This document shows, in pieces, positions 1-9,633 of a stretch of DNA of 58,340 nt. The stretch's first letter is position 1. Each line of letters opens with the position of its first letter. Below the pieces are notes generated by a model. That model did not search any database, was not told the origin of the DNA, and worked only from the letters and a program-made list of their open reading frames with translations. A program made the translations under genes and the position numbers. Source of the DNA: an uncultured Anaerolineaceae bacterium (lineage in GTDB: Bacteria > Chloroflexota > Anaerolineae > 4572-78); contig CAYPUV010000002.1 of assembly GCA_964413895.1 (NCBI GenBank), positions 1 to 58,340 of the forward strand, given 5' to 3'.

Positions 1-146
1 TGCATTCGGATTGGGCCGATAGGGGTCTTGCCAGAGGAAGGAGAGCTTGTCGCTTCGTCTTTGTGCCAAGTGACGGGGACGTTTTTCGACGTCACTCTTG
101 AACGATTCAGTGAAGTCAATCTGCCCCCCCACATCCATGCCATCGC

Positions 147-281
147 CTCCCCACCTACCCCTCCCCCTACCCCCCTCCTCCAAATTTTGGGGAGCGCCCA
201 AAGGGCACAGGTGGGAACAAAAAGGGGGTGAGCGAGGGGGCGAATGCCCCCTCGCTCTCTCGCCTGTGCCCTTTGGGTAAA
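147..281. repeat. Composite intergenic repeat: a C-rich tract followed by a nested hairpin
   Basis: C-rich tract at 147-193. Outer 15-bp arms CCCAAAGGGCACAGG (197-211) and CCTGTGCCCTTTGGG (263-277). Inner perfect 12-bp stem GAGCGAGGGGGC (230-241), loop GAAT, GCCCCCTCGCTC (246-257). The outer-arm motif recurs at 16281-16300 and 36251-36272. Confidence 0.7.
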
Positions 282-440
282 CGTCGTCTTTAGCTGTCTG
301 TGAACAACAATATAATCTCGCCAAACTCCAGTTAAAAAGTGGCTACTCATCTTCCCACTCCCGCACGTTGCGTGCAAAAGCGGGAAAAAAGGGGATGGGC
401 GGTGGGGAAAGTGCCGTGCCAAATGCCCTCAAAAAATAAT

Positions 441-469
441 TTGACACCTATGACGCAGCGTGTTATGAT
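441..469 (+). promoter_or_regulatory. Sigma70-like promoter for the Fe-S oxidoreductase gene
   Basis: -35 TTGACA (441-446), 17-nt spacer, -10 TATGAT (464-469). It lies about 60 nt upstream of the ATG at 529. Confidence 0.55.
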
Positions 470-528
470 TGGCCGGTCATCCGTATTTTTACGCGAACAA
501 CCTTATTCATAGAGGAGGAGTTGCAAAG

Positions 529-2538
529 ATGCTAACCCTGATTGAGAAAATTCTTTTTGTCCTGGCTGCGAGTACATCGTTATATGTTAGCTACGTTACT
601 TTCAGCCGGATGATCAAAATTGTGGCCCGTGGTCAGGGAGAATTGTACCTTGATAATTTACCGCAACGAATTTGGAAGGGATTTACCACCTTAGTCACAC
701 TACGTACCGTTTTCAAAACTCGTTTGGTATCCAGCTTGTTCCACGCAGCGATTGCGTGGGGATTCATCTGGTATTTTTTGGTAAACACCCTTGATGTGTT
801 GGGCGCGTACATTCCTGCTGTACATACGTTTGCCCAGTCCAGCAGCATGGACATTTATCGGCTATTGGCCGACGTGTTGAGCATAGGCGTATTGATAGGG
901 ATGATTTATTTCCTCATTCGTCGTTTTGTGGTGCACACCCCGGTTTTGGCGCACCGAGAAAACGTAAAAATGCATCCCAAAGCTGAACACGGGATGCGCC
1001 GCGACTCGCTGATTGTTGGCGTGTTCATCCTTTTGCACGTTGGGTTCAGGTTTTTGGGCGAAACATTTTTAATTGCCCAGGAAGGGCATGCCGATGTCTG
1101 GCAGCCTTTTGCGTCGGTAGTGGCGAAGTTGTGGGCCGGTATGAGCTTGCCAGCCCAGCAAGTGGGGTGGCATATTTCGTGGTGGTTGGCGCTGGGGCTG
1201 ATCCTGGCGTTCATCCCCTACTTCCCGTACACCAAACACATTCACCTCATTATTGGCCCCATTAATTTTATGACCCGCCCCGACCGACCCTCAATTGGGG
1301 CACTTGACGCCCTCGATTTTGAAGATGAAACCATCGAACAGTTCGGTGTGGCTACCCTTACCGATCTTTCCAAAACACAATTGGTGGATGTTTTTGCATG
1401 CATTATGTGTAATCGCTGTCAGGATGTGTGCCCGGCGTACACCACTGGCAAAGAGCTTTCTCCTTCGGCGCTGGAGATTAACAAACGTTATGGCATTAAA
1501 GAGCATTTTGTGGACCTGGCGAATGGTGAAGATGATCCCCTGAACTTGCTGGATTTTGCCATTAGCAAAAGCGCTTTGTGGGCATGCACTACCTGCGGCG
1601 CCTGTACCGAGGTTTGTCCGGTAGGGAATGAACCTTTCCGCGATATTCTGGATATCCGTCGCAGTCAGGTGTTAATGGAAAGCGAGTTTCCCGCAGAACT
1701 GCAAACTGCTTTCCGGGGGATGGAGCGGAATGGCAATCCGTGGCAAATGGCCAATGACCGGATGGAATGGGCCGAACCACTTGATTTTAAAGTGCCTCTG
1801 GCAGAAGAAAATCCGAATTTTGACGTGTTGTATTGGGTGGGCTGTGCGGGAGCCTTTGACCCCGGCGCACAAGAAACGGCCCGCGCATTTGCAACTATTT
1901 TGAATAAGGCTGGCGTGAATTACGCCGTACTGGGCAACAGAGAATCCTGCACCGGTGACACGGCTCGACGGGCCGGCAATGAATATCTTTTTACAGAAAT
2001 GGCAATGGCCAACATTGAAACGCTAAATGAAGTTAAAGCGAAGAAAATCGTAGCCACATGCCCCCACTGTTTGCATACCATCAAAAATGAATACCCGGAA
2101 TTTGGCGGGAATTATGAGGTTGTACACCACACTGAGTTTATCAACGAGTTGATTGGCAGCGGCAAATTACACGTGAGCAGTGATCGTCTCACCAAAACCA
2201 CCTTCCACGATCCCTGCTACCTGGGTCGCCACAACAATATATATAATGCGCCGCGTGACGTATTAACGCAAGTAGGATTGAATCTTACAGAGATGGATCG
2301 CTCTATGAACCAGTCATTTTGTTGTGGCGCAGGTGGGGCGCAAATGTGGAAGGAGGAAGAAGAGGGAACACAGGCAGTCAACCTTAATCGCTATCAGGAA
2401 GCTCGGGCTACCGGCGCAGAGATGCTGGCGGTGGGCTGCCCCTTCTGCAATCGTATGCTCACCGATGCCAATAATGAGGCCGGCAAGCCAATGGGCGTGA
2501 AAGACGTGGCAGAAATTGTGGCCGAAGCGCTGGCATAA
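529..2538 (+). CDS. Membrane-anchored (Fe-S)-binding oxidoreductase: HdrD/DsrK-like CCG-domain protein fused to an N-terminal multi-TM domain
   Basis: ORF 469..2538 trimmed to the ATG at 529, preceded by GAGGAGG. The N-terminus has several hydrophobic helices. Two ferredoxin motifs are present: CIMCNRCQDVCP and CTTCGACTEVCP. CCG-type Cys motifs are present: YWVGCAG, CPHC, HDPCYLGRH and CCGAGG. Confidence 0.8.
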   Translation: MLTLIEKILFVLAASTSLYVSYVTFSRMIKIVARGQGELYLDNLPQRIWKGFTTLVTLRTVFKTRLVSSLFHAAIAWGFIWYFLVNTLDVLGAYIPAVHTFAQSSSMDIYRLLADVLSIGVLIGMIYFLIRRFVVHTPVLAHRENVKMHPKAEHGMRRDSLIVGVFILLHVGFRFLGETFLIAQEGHADVWQPFASVVAKLWAGMSLPAQQVGWHISWWLALGLILAFIPYFPYTKHIHLIIGPINFMTRPDRPSIGALDALDFEDETIEQFGVATLTDLSKTQLVDVFACIMCNRCQDVCPAYTTGKELSPSALEINKRYGIKEHFVDLANGEDDPLNLLDFAISKSALWACTTCGACTEVCPVGNEPFRDILDIRRSQVLMESEFPAELQTAFRGMERNGNPWQMANDRMEWAEPLDFKVPLAEENPNFDVLYWVGCAGAFDPGAQETARAFATILNKAGVNYAVLGNRESCTGDTARRAGNEYLFTEMAMANIETLNEVKAKKIVATCPHCLHTIKNEYPEFGGNYEVVHHTEFINELIGSGKLHVSSDRLTKTTFHDPCYLGRHNNIYNAPRDVLTQVGLNLTEMDRSMNQSFCCGAGGAQMWKEEEEGTQAVNLNRYQEARATGAEMLAVGCPFCNRMLTDANNEAGKPMGVKDVAEIVAEALA

Positions 2539-2569
2539 GACGCCCGTTTTGTGTGGTACGAAAAAATAG

Positions 2570-2604
2570 AAAAAGGGCATTCGTGCTGTGCGAATGCCCT
2601 TTTT
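2570..2604. terminator. Bidirectional rho-independent terminator between convergent genes
   Basis: Stem GGGCATTCG (2575-2583), loop TGCTGTG, stem CGAATGCCC (2591-2599). An A-run lies upstream and TTTTT downstream. Confidence 0.75.
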
Positions 2605-2623
2605 GATTGTTTTACGTTCTGTT

Positions 2624-3301
2624 TCAGTGGATGAGTCCCACATCTTCTATGGGCCAATAGGAGACCCATGCCCGTCCAATGATATTTTCCATTGGGATTG
2701 GCCCGAATGCGCGCGAATCATTTGAGGCGTTGCGATTATCGCCCAAAACAAAAATGTGCAGTGGGGGCACAACAATAGGGCCGTAATGCCCGCGTGTGGG
2801 CTGGGTCAGGTAAGGTTCGTTGAACATCGTGCCATCTATAAATACGTGTCCATCTCTGATTTCAATGGTTTCGCCTGGCAGTCCAATGACACGTTTTATC
2901 AGAAGTTCTTTCGCGTCAGTTCTTACTTTTAGCACCACAATATCGTCACGCTGGGGTGCATGGAATTTGTAGCTTACTTTCTCTACCACTAATCGTTGAT
3001 CGGTATGCAGGTTGGGTTCCATACTTTGGCCGTAAACGCGCGTGGCCTGCGCCAAAAATAAGTTAATCAACAGCGCAATTACAATTGCCGGAATGATTGT
3101 TTCTAACGTTTCTTTGATTGTCCCAGCGATACGCTTGCCTATTGAACGTGTTGCTGGCGTATTGTTTTCTGCGCTCCCGGTTGGTTCATAAAATGGGGGT
3201 AGGGGAAACCCGGTTTCATCTTTCATTGTTTCTCTTGTGGTTGCTTGTGTGGGGCGGGTATCTGTCTTTTCAGATGCGTCAGGAAATTCAATTTCTGTCA
3301 T
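2624..3301 (-). CDS. lepB: Signal peptidase I
   Basis: One TM helix followed by the S26 motifs GQSMEPNL, KRVIGLPGE and GDNRNASNDSR. Confidence 0.9.
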   Translation of the reverse strand: MTEIEFPDASEKTDTRPTQATTRETMKDETGFPLPPFYEPTGSAENNTPATRSIGKRIAGTIKETLETIIPAIVIALLINLFLAQATRVYGQSMEPNLHTDQRLVVEKVSYKFHAPQRDDIVVLKVRTDAKELLIKRVIGLPGETIEIRDGHVFIDGTMFNEPYLTQPTRGHYGPIVVPPLHIFVLGDNRNASNDSRAFGPIPMENIIGRAWVSYWPIEDVGLIH

Positions 3302-3422
3302 TTGTATTCAACCTCATCCTACGCCGTTTTTGCGTGTATAATTGTATTTGGGTTTCAGGCTGCATCACTCGCAGCACAGGTATAGTGTACTCTTTCTTAA
3401 AAATTCTGCCAAGCACAAGACT

Positions 3423-3450
3423 AAAAAAGGCGCTCTTTTTTCAGAGCGCC
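3423..3450 (-). terminator. Rho-independent terminator downstream of pnp
   Basis: Stem GGCGCTCT (3429-3436) pairs with AGAGCGCC (3443-3450) around a 6-nt loop. The A-run at 3423-3428 becomes a U-tract on the minus-strand transcript. Confidence 0.7.
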
Positions 3451-3480
3451 TTTGGATTGAATGCGTTGGACGATTCTGTT

Positions 3481-5700
3481 TTACCGGGAGTAGCGGCTAC
3501 CGCCACCGCCGCTGCGACGACGGTCATTACCACCACTGCGCCCTCGACGCCCGCTGCTGCGGCTGCCACCTTTATCGTGAGCGCGAGCTTCTTCCGCGGT
3601 CCAGCCTTCCAACACGGCTTGCCGCGACAGGCGAATTTTGCCTTCAGGGCTAATGTTGGTAACCATCACCATAATTTCATCCCCTACTTTAACCACGTCG
3701 CTGACGCTGTTCACGCGGTAATCGGCCAATTGTGAAATGTGTACCATTCCGTCGGTGCCGGGGAGAATTTCAACAAACGCGCCGAAGTCAGTTACGCGCA
3801 CTACCGTGCCGGTATAAATGCCGCCAACTTCCGGCTCGGTGGTGAGGCTTTCAATTTTGGTTTGAGCTATGAGCGCACTTTCTTGGTTATTGGTGGCGAT
3901 GAAAACCATACCTTCGTCGTTGATTTCAATTTTGGCACCGGTTTCGTCTTGAATGGCGCGAATCATTTTGCCGCCCGGCCCAATCACCTTGCCAATTTTC
4001 TCCGGGTTAATGTGGATGGTGAGAATACGGGGTGCATATTCCGAAAGTTCGGGACGCGGCTCTGCAATGACGTCTTCCATAATGTTGAGGATGTGGAAGC
4101 GGCCGTCCTTGGCCTGAGTCAATGCTTTTTTGAACACCACCCAGGGAATGCCTTTGATTTTAATGTCCATTTGCAAGGCGGTTATCCCATCGCGCGTTCC
4201 GGCAACTTTGAAGTCCATGTCGCCCAGGGCATCTTCAACCCCCTGAATGTCAGACAGAACCACGAAGTTATCATTTTCCGGGTCGGTGATCAGGCCCATT
4301 GCAATACCGGCAACCGGTTTTTTAATGGGCACGCCGGCGTCCATCAAGCTCATTGTGCTGCCGCACACGCTTGCCATTGAGGTTGAGCCGTTGGAACTCA
4401 TCACTTCTGAAACAACGCGCAGGGTGTAAGAGAATTCTTCTTCGGGGGGGATGACCGGCAGCAGGGCGCGCTCTGCCAGTGCGCCGTGGCCGGTTTCGCG
4501 GCGTTTTGTGCCGCCAATGCGCCCGGTTTCACCGACGGAATAGGGTGGGAAGTTGTAGTGGTGCAGGTAGCGTTTGGTGTCTCGCGGGCCGAGGGTGTCC
4601 AGTCGTTGTTCTTCGCCGGGAGTGCCCAATGTCACAATGCTCATCACCTGCGTTTCACCGCGCGTGAAGATGGCGCTGCCGTGCACGCGGGGGAGTATCC
4701 CCACGTCACCCCAAATGGGCCGAATTTCGGTGGTTTGCCGCCCATCGGGGCGAATGCCTTCTTGCAATATTCGGGCGCGCACCAATCGTTTGTAATAGGT
4801 GCTAAAGGCGTTAACCAGATGGGCCGGTTCCATTGTTTCGTCATCAGCAAAAGCAGCGAGCAGCGTTTCGGTTATTTCGTCTTTGCGCCGGTTGATTTCA
4901 GTTTTGTCAACTGTGGTATCCAGCACCGCCGCAACTTTATCCTCCAGCCAGGCTTCTACTTTTTCTTGAATGGCGGGGTCTACGGCCGGCGTACTCAGGT
5001 TGCGTTTTGTTTTTCCTATCTGGGCTTTCATTTCTTCTTGCACCGCAATAACATCTTGAATGGCTTCGTGGGCCATTTGCAGCGCTGCCAAAATTACGTC
5101 TTCCGGTACTTCATTCGCGCCGGCTTCGACCATCAGCACGGCGTCTTTTGTACCGGCGACACGCAAATCTAGTTTGCTATTCCTCATTTCTGGGATGGAT
5201 GGGTTGACGACCAGCTCATCGTCAATCCAGCCCATTCTCACCGCGCCGACGGGGCCGGCCCAGGGGATGTCGCTAATCATCAATGCGGCGCTGGTTCCGT
5301 TGATTGCCATAATGTCCAGATGTTTTTCATCATCGGAAGAAAGGGCGGTGACGACCACTTGAACTTCATTGCGAATAGATTTGTCGAACAGAGGACGAAT
5401 TGGGCGGTCAACCAGGCGACAAATCAAGATGGCCTCTTCGCTGGGGCGACCTTCGCGGCGGAAGAAGCTGCCGGGAATGCGCCCGGCGGCGTACAATTTC
5501 TCTTCGTAATCAACGCTAAGGGGTAAAAAGTCTATGCCTTCGCGCACATGTTTGCTGGCTGTTGCCGTAACCAGCAGCACAGAATCGCCGGAACGGACTA
5601 AAACCGCTCCGCCTGCCAGTTGGGCAACGCGCCCTGTTTCAAAAGAAATCTCATCGGGGCCTAACCTGGCCGTAAATACTTGACCTTTTGGTGCAGACAT
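3481..5700 (-). CDS. pnp: Polyribonucleotide nucleotidyltransferase (PNPase) with an Arg/Gly-rich C-terminal tail
   Basis: ORF 3481..5856 trimmed to MSAPKGQVF, with ATG at 5700 and GGAGGA upstream. Two RNase PH-like halves, a KH domain ([16 protein letters not shown]) and an S1 domain ([15 protein letters not shown]) are readable. The tail reads [29 protein letters not shown]. Confidence 0.93.
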   Translation of the reverse strand: MSAPKGQVFTARLGPDEISFETGRVAQLAGGAVLVRSGDSVLLVTATASKHVREGIDFLPLSVDYEEKLYAAGRIPGSFFRREGRPSEEAILICRLVDRPIRPLFDKSIRNEVQVVVTALSSDDEKHLDIMAINGTSAALMISDIPWAGPVGAVRMGWIDDELVVNPSIPEMRNSKLDLRVAGTKDAVLMVEAGANEVPEDVILAALQMAHEAIQDVIAVQEEMKAQIGKTKRNLSTPAVDPAIQEKVEAWLEDKVAAVLDTTVDKTEINRRKDEITETLLAAFADDETMEPAHLVNAFSTYYKRLVRARILQEGIRPDGRQTTEIRPIWGDVGILPRVHGSAIFTRGETQVMSIVTLGTPGEEQRLDTLGPRDTKRYLHHYNFPPYSVGETGRIGGTKRRETGHGALAERALLPVIPPEEEFSYTLRVVSEVMSSNGSTSMASVCGSTMSLMDAGVPIKKPVAGIAMGLITDPENDNFVVLSDIQGVEDALGDMDFKVAGTRDGITALQMDIKIKGIPWVVFKKALTQAKDGRFHILNIMEDVIAEPRPELSEYAPRILTIHINPEKIGKVIGPGGKMIRAIQDETGAKIEINDEGMVFIATNNQESALIAQTKIESLTTEPEVGGIYTGTVVRVTDFGAFVEILPGTDGMVHISQLADYRVNSVSDVVKVGDEIMVMVTNISPEGKIRLSRQAVLEGWTAEEARAHDKGGSRSSGRRGRSGGNDRRRSGGGGSRYSR

Positions 5701-5840
5701 AATAAAAAAATCCTCCAGTGTGTAGGTTGCTACCTGGGGGGTCTGGAACTGGGAACAGTCCCAAACTAACGTTTGAGCCTCTTCCCAATGCCAGTCCGTG
5801 CCCAGGTGAATGAATGTGGGATCAATAATTGGGTCCCCAA

Positions 5841-5899
5841 ACAAAAAAGCAAGCAACGAGGAACGCTTTGGGGTTCCCGCGTGTACTTGCCTTGTTGCT
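5841..5899 (-). terminator. Hairpin plus U-tract downstream of rpsO; candidate terminator or attenuator ahead of pnp
   Basis: On the minus-strand RNA, AGCAACAAGG (5890-5899) pairs with CCUCGUUGCU (5852-5861) at 9 of 10 positions. There is an inner GGAAC/GUUCC stem. UUUUUUGUUU follows (plus-strand A-run 5843-5848). Confidence 0.45.
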
Positions 5900-5924
5900 A
5901 CAACATCCGTATTATCATAAAAAC

Positions 5925-6194
5925 TTACTTGCGCAGACCAAGCCGCGGTAACAGCAATTTATACCGTTGGTAATCTTTGCGGCTCAGGTATGCCAGCAAT
6001 CGACGACGTTGGCCCACCAATTTCAACAGGCCACGCCGAGAGCCTTCATCGTGTTTGTGCTGTTTTAGGTGCTCAATCAACCCATTAATGCGATGGGTGA
6101 GCAGTGCAATCTGTACTTCTGGTGAACCGGTATCACCTTCTGCCAATTGAAACTCTTGAATAATCTGTTGTTTTTGTTCTTTTGCAAGTGACAC
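5925..6194 (-). CDS. rpsO: 30S ribosomal protein S15
   Basis: ORF 5925..6227 trimmed to the GTG at 6194, preceded by GAAAGGA. The sequence [39 protein letters not shown] is typical of S15, and the trimmed length is about 89 aa. Confidence 0.9.
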   Translation of the reverse strand: MSLAKEQKQQIIQEFQLAEGDTGSPEVQIALLTHRINGLIEHLKQHKHDEGSRRGLLKLVGQRRRLLAYLSRKDYQRYKLLLPRLGLRK

Positions 6195-6290
6195 AGTTTT
6201 TCCTTTCTCTATCCGTCGGGCGACCAACAGAGCTTGTCCATTGGGGCCCCTAGTGTCCTGGATAAGCTTGCGTTTATTCCACCAGCGCTC

Positions 6291-6319
6291 ATTATAGCAT
6301 GATCAAGCAACTTGAGCAA
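6291..6319 (-). promoter_or_regulatory. Extended -10 promoter for rpsO
   Basis: On the minus strand: -35 TTGCTC (6319-6314), 17-nt spacer, TGCTATAAT with the hexamer at 6296-6291. This predicts a leader of about 90 nt. Confidence 0.5.
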
Positions 6320-6370
6320 ATGTTTTCGCAATTCTATTCCCTGTGTTAAAATTTACGGGGAGGTTTTTGA

Positions 6371-7141
6371 ATGCAGTTTGATATTTTTACGTTATTCCCA
6401 GAGATGTTTGAGGGTGTTTTTGGCCACAGCATTGTTCAGCGCGCCCAAGCAATGGGGCTGGCGCAGATTGCATTGCACAACATCCGCGATTATGCCCGCG
6501 ACAAACACCATATGACCGATGACACGCCCTACGGCGGTGGGGGAGGGATGATTATGAAACCAGACCCCATCTTTTACGCGGTAGAGGGGGTGCTGGATTA
6601 TGAGGTTCCTGATTCTGGCTACACTGCCAACGTGGCGGCTGGCCGTCCGCCCATTATCCTGCTCAGTCCTCAGGGACGGGTGTTTACCCAGCAGGTAGCG
6701 CAAGAATTGATGCAATACCCCCGCCTGATGTTTATCTGTGGGCGTTACGAAGGGGTTGATGAACGGGTGGTGCAATATTTGGCAACAGACCAAATCTCCA
6801 TTGGCGATTATGTTCTCTCCGGGGGCGAAATCCCGGCAATGGTGATTGTTGATGCCCTGATACGCCAGATTCCCGGCGTGTTGGGCGATCCCAACGCCGC
6901 CACAAACGATTCGCACGCCACCGGCCTGCTGGAATATCCCCACTACACCCGTCCACCAGAATTTAGAGGGCACGGCGTGCCAGAGATTTTACTGTCCGGC
7001 AATCATGGCAAAGTGGCGGCGTGGCGGCGGCAGCAGGCGCTATTGCGCACGCTCAAACATCGCCCCGATTTGCTGGAAACCGCCCCGCTTACCGAGGTAG
7101 ACAAGACGTTTTTGCGACAACTGAAAGAAAGTGGAGATTAA
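6371..7141 (+). CDS. trmD: tRNA (guanine37-N1)-methyltransferase
   Basis: The N-terminus [15 protein letters not shown], plus [11 protein letters not shown] and [11 protein letters not shown], are characteristic of TrmD. GGAGG lies upstream. Confidence 0.93.
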   Translation: MQFDIFTLFPEMFEGVFGHSIVQRAQAMGLAQIALHNIRDYARDKHHMTDDTPYGGGGGMIMKPDPIFYAVEGVLDYEVPDSGYTANVAAGRPPIILLSPQGRVFTQQVAQELMQYPRLMFICGRYEGVDERVVQYLATDQISIGDYVLSGGEIPAMVIVDALIRQIPGVLGDPNAATNDSHATGLLEYPHYTRPPEFRGHGVPEILLSGNHGKVAAWRRQQALLRTLKHRPDLLETAPLTEVDKTFLRQLKESGD

Positions 7142-7219
7142 CGACAGGTGTTGAAGACACACTTTTCAATAACCAGTCGCTAATCCTACTAAATCATTGA
7201 TTGGATCAAGGAGGTTTCG

Positions 7220-8848
7220 ATGTTCACACATGGCGGCGAATTAGTTGCCCGCGCGCTGGCGGCGCAGGGCGTAAATACGCTCTACACCCTGTGTGGGGGA
7301 CACATTGCTCCCATTTACGAAGGGTGTTTGAATAATAACATTGCTGTGATCGATATGCGGCACGAGCAGGCTGCCGCCCACGCCGCAGACGCTCACGCCC
7401 GGCTCACCCGTAATATCGGTGTGGCAGCTGTTACGGCCGGCCCCGGCGTTACCGATGCCGTGACCGGCATTGCCAACGCCTACCAGGCACGCAGCCCGCT
7501 GGTGTTGCTTGGCGGCGCGGCCCCGCTCAGCACCAAAGGGATGGGCGCACTGCAAGAAATGCCGCAAGTGGAGATGTTCAAAACTTTCACCAAAGCCAGT
7601 TTCACCATCATCGATACTGCCCGCATCCCAGAACTAATGGCCGAAGCGTTCCGCACAGCCCTCAAGGGGCGCCCCGGTCCCGTGTTTATTGAACTCCCCT
7701 TCGATGTGTTGTTTAACGCGGTTGACCCGCCAAAAATAATGCCCAGGGTGGAAATTGCTCCCCTGGAACCAGCACCGGGCGACCTGACCCGCATGCTTGC
7801 CCTCATCCAATCGGCCCGCAAGCCAGTTATCATCGCCGGAACGCAAGTGTATTGGGATGATGCAGCGGCTGCGTTGCAATCTCTCTCCGAGCAAACCGGC
7901 ATCCCTGTTTTTACCAATGGCGCGGGGCGCGGAACCTTGCCCATGACCCACCCTAATTGCTTCAAGGCTTCCCGCTCTGCAGCGCTGAAAGAGGCCGACC
8001 TGGTGCTACTCATTGGTACGCCGCTTGATTTTCGGCTGAAGTACGGGCGCAACTGGAATCCCGCCAGCAAACTCATTCAAATTGAAAACGACCCCGCTGA
8101 ATTGAACCACAATCGGCAGGCAGACGTGGCTGTAACTGCCAATGCGCGGTTAGTGCTGCAAGGGCTATCAGCCGGATTGCAAGGCGTGCGCTTTGATGAT
8201 TGGCTCAGCCAAATGCAAGAGATTGAAGGGGAGAAAGTTGCCAAACTTGAAACCTGGCAGGCGTTAGACGATTCGCCCATTAATCATTTTCGATTTGGGG
8301 CGGCAGTGAATAATTTTATTGATGAAGACACCATCATCATTGGCGACGGGGGCGATATTGTGGGTGCCAGCGCCAAAATCATTAACCTGACACGCCCCGG
8401 TCAGTGGCTAGACCCCGGCCCAATGGGCTGTCTGGGGGTAGGTGTGCCATTTGCTATTGCCGCCAAACACCTTTTCCCAAACAAGAAAGTCCTCATTATC
8501 AGTGGCGATGGTTCATTTGGATTGAACGGTTTTGAGTTCGATACTGCCGTGCGTTTTAAGCTGCCCATCGTTAGTATTGTAGGTAACGATGCCGGGTGGG
8601 GACAGATCCGCGGGCCGCAAATCCAAATGGTGGGCAAAGACCGGGCTGTTGCCACCTCGCTGGCGGCAACGCGCTACGACAAAATCGTTGCAGCAATGGG
8701 CGGTTACGGCGAGCATGTAGAAAATACCCCCGACATTGAAGCGGCGCTGGCCCGCGCCTTTGCCAGTGGCAAACCGGCCTGCATTGATGTGGCGATTGAT
8801 CCGGAAGGAATGGCCAAAACAGGGGCCAGCACACCGTACATTGTTTAA
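7220..8848 (+). CDS. Thiamine-diphosphate-dependent enzyme (acetolactate synthase / oxalyl-CoA decarboxylase / 2-hydroxyacyl-CoA lyase family)
   Basis: AAGGAGG RBS. The N-terminal TPP pyrimidine-binding region reads GGELVARALAAQGV. The ThDP-binding motif reads SGDGSFGLNGFEFDTAVRFKLPIVSIVGNDAGWG. Confidence 0.85.
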   Translation: MFTHGGELVARALAAQGVNTLYTLCGGHIAPIYEGCLNNNIAVIDMRHEQAAAHAADAHARLTRNIGVAAVTAGPGVTDAVTGIANAYQARSPLVLLGGAAPLSTKGMGALQEMPQVEMFKTFTKASFTIIDTARIPELMAEAFRTALKGRPGPVFIELPFDVLFNAVDPPKIMPRVEIAPLEPAPGDLTRMLALIQSARKPVIIAGTQVYWDDAAAALQSLSEQTGIPVFTNGAGRGTLPMTHPNCFKASRSAALKEADLVLLIGTPLDFRLKYGRNWNPASKLIQIENDPAELNHNRQADVAVTANARLVLQGLSAGLQGVRFDDWLSQMQEIEGEKVAKLETWQALDDSPINHFRFGAAVNNFIDEDTIIIGDGGDIVGASAKIINLTRPGQWLDPGPMGCLGVGVPFAIAAKHLFPNKKVLIISGDGSFGLNGFEFDTAVRFKLPIVSIVGNDAGWGQIRGPQIQMVGKDRAVATSLAATRYDKIVAAMGGYGEHVENTPDIEAALARAFASGKPACIDVAIDPEGMAKTGASTPYIV

Positions 8849-8901
8849 AGCTAATGGACGTCAACTATTTTGCAATGGGTAAATGGAGTGAATAGCGTGT
8901 C

Positions 8902-9633
8902 ATGAGCATTCAACTTGATTTGAAAGATAAAATTGCCATCGTCACCGGGGCAGGGCGGGGTATAGGCAAAGCAATTGCGCTGATGCTGGCGGCGCACGGG
9001 GCAAACGTGTGCGTCAATGACATCAACCCCAACGCCGTCCGCACTACCAGCGGGATCATCACCGCGCAGGGAGGCAGCGTCATTCCCTTCCATGGTTCAG
9101 CAGATAATAAAATGATGGTGCAAACGATGTTTCAGGAGGTAATTGCAGCGTGGGAGCGAGTGGATATTCTGGTGAACAGCGCCGGCATCGAGCCGGAAGA
9201 TTCGCTGCTGAAACAGGGTGAATGGGAATGGATGCGCACCTTCGAGGTGAATATGAAGGGCACCTTTTTGTGTACCCAGATTGCCGGACGCGTGATGAAA
9301 GAAACTGGCAGCGGCGCGATTGTGAATCTTGGGAGTTCACCCGGCTATCCTCCCCACCGGACGGGGTACACCGCCGTTTCTGCCAGCAAGGCGGCGGTGG
9401 CGCAGTTCACCCGCGACGCCGCCCGCGAATTGGCGGCGTACAATATTCGGGTGAACGCTATTTGTCCCGGCTACATCAAAACCGCCCTCACCGAAGACTG
9501 GCAGCACACCGGTGATGATATTCGCTGGGGAGAGCCGGAAGACGTGGCAGCAATGGCGCTGTTTCTGTGCAGCGATGCCGCTCGCTTTGTGAGCGGGCAG
9601 GTTATTTGCGTGGATGGCGGGGCATCGGTATGA
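8902..9633 (+). CDS. SDR-family oxidoreductase (FabG-like)
   Basis: Cofactor-binding motif TGAGRGIGKAIA, then NSAG, and a YxxxK motif (YTAVSASKAAV). Confidence 0.88.
   Translation: MSIQLDLKDKIAIVTGAGRGIGKAIALMLAAHGANVCVNDINPNAVRTTSGIITAQGGSVIPFHGSADNKMMVQTMFQEVIAAWERVDILVNSAGIEPEDSLLKQGEWEWMRTFEVNMKGTFLCTQIAGRVMKETGSGAIVNLGSSPGYPPHRTGYTAVSASKAAVAQFTRDAARELAAYNIRVNAICPGYIKTALTEDWQHTGDDIRWGEPEDVAAMALFLCSDAARFVSGQVICVDGGASV

Noticed and set aside
1-138. Possible partial gene at the left edge. Plus-strand frame 1 is open from base 1 to 231. Two minus-strand frames are also open, with ATGs at 138 and 134 running off the edge.
   Set aside because: Three mutually exclusive frames are open and none shows a recognisable motif. 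With only about 45 codons I cannot decide, so I left it unannotated.
28-280. ORFs 28..231 and 98..280 encode Pro-rich and Gly-rich peptides.
   Set aside because: They run straight through the C-rich tract and the nested hairpin repeat (147-281). Their odd composition mirrors the repeat. There is no RBS, and the same repeat creates similar fake ORFs elsewhere (for example 16055..16264).
3739-5172. Long plus-strand ORFs (3739..4380 at 213 aa and 4486..5172 at 228 aa) lie opposite pnp. Similar antisense ORFs lie opposite trmD (6392..6973), the ThDP enzyme (7480..8076), the secreted protein (17204..17809), fdhA (41325..41882), galE (48704..49255), the lipoprotein (50022..50591) and rarA (53598..54299).
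   Set aside because: These are shadow ORFs on the strand opposite strongly supported genes. Their translations are low-complexity (Gly/Arg/Ala-rich), with no motifs or RBS.
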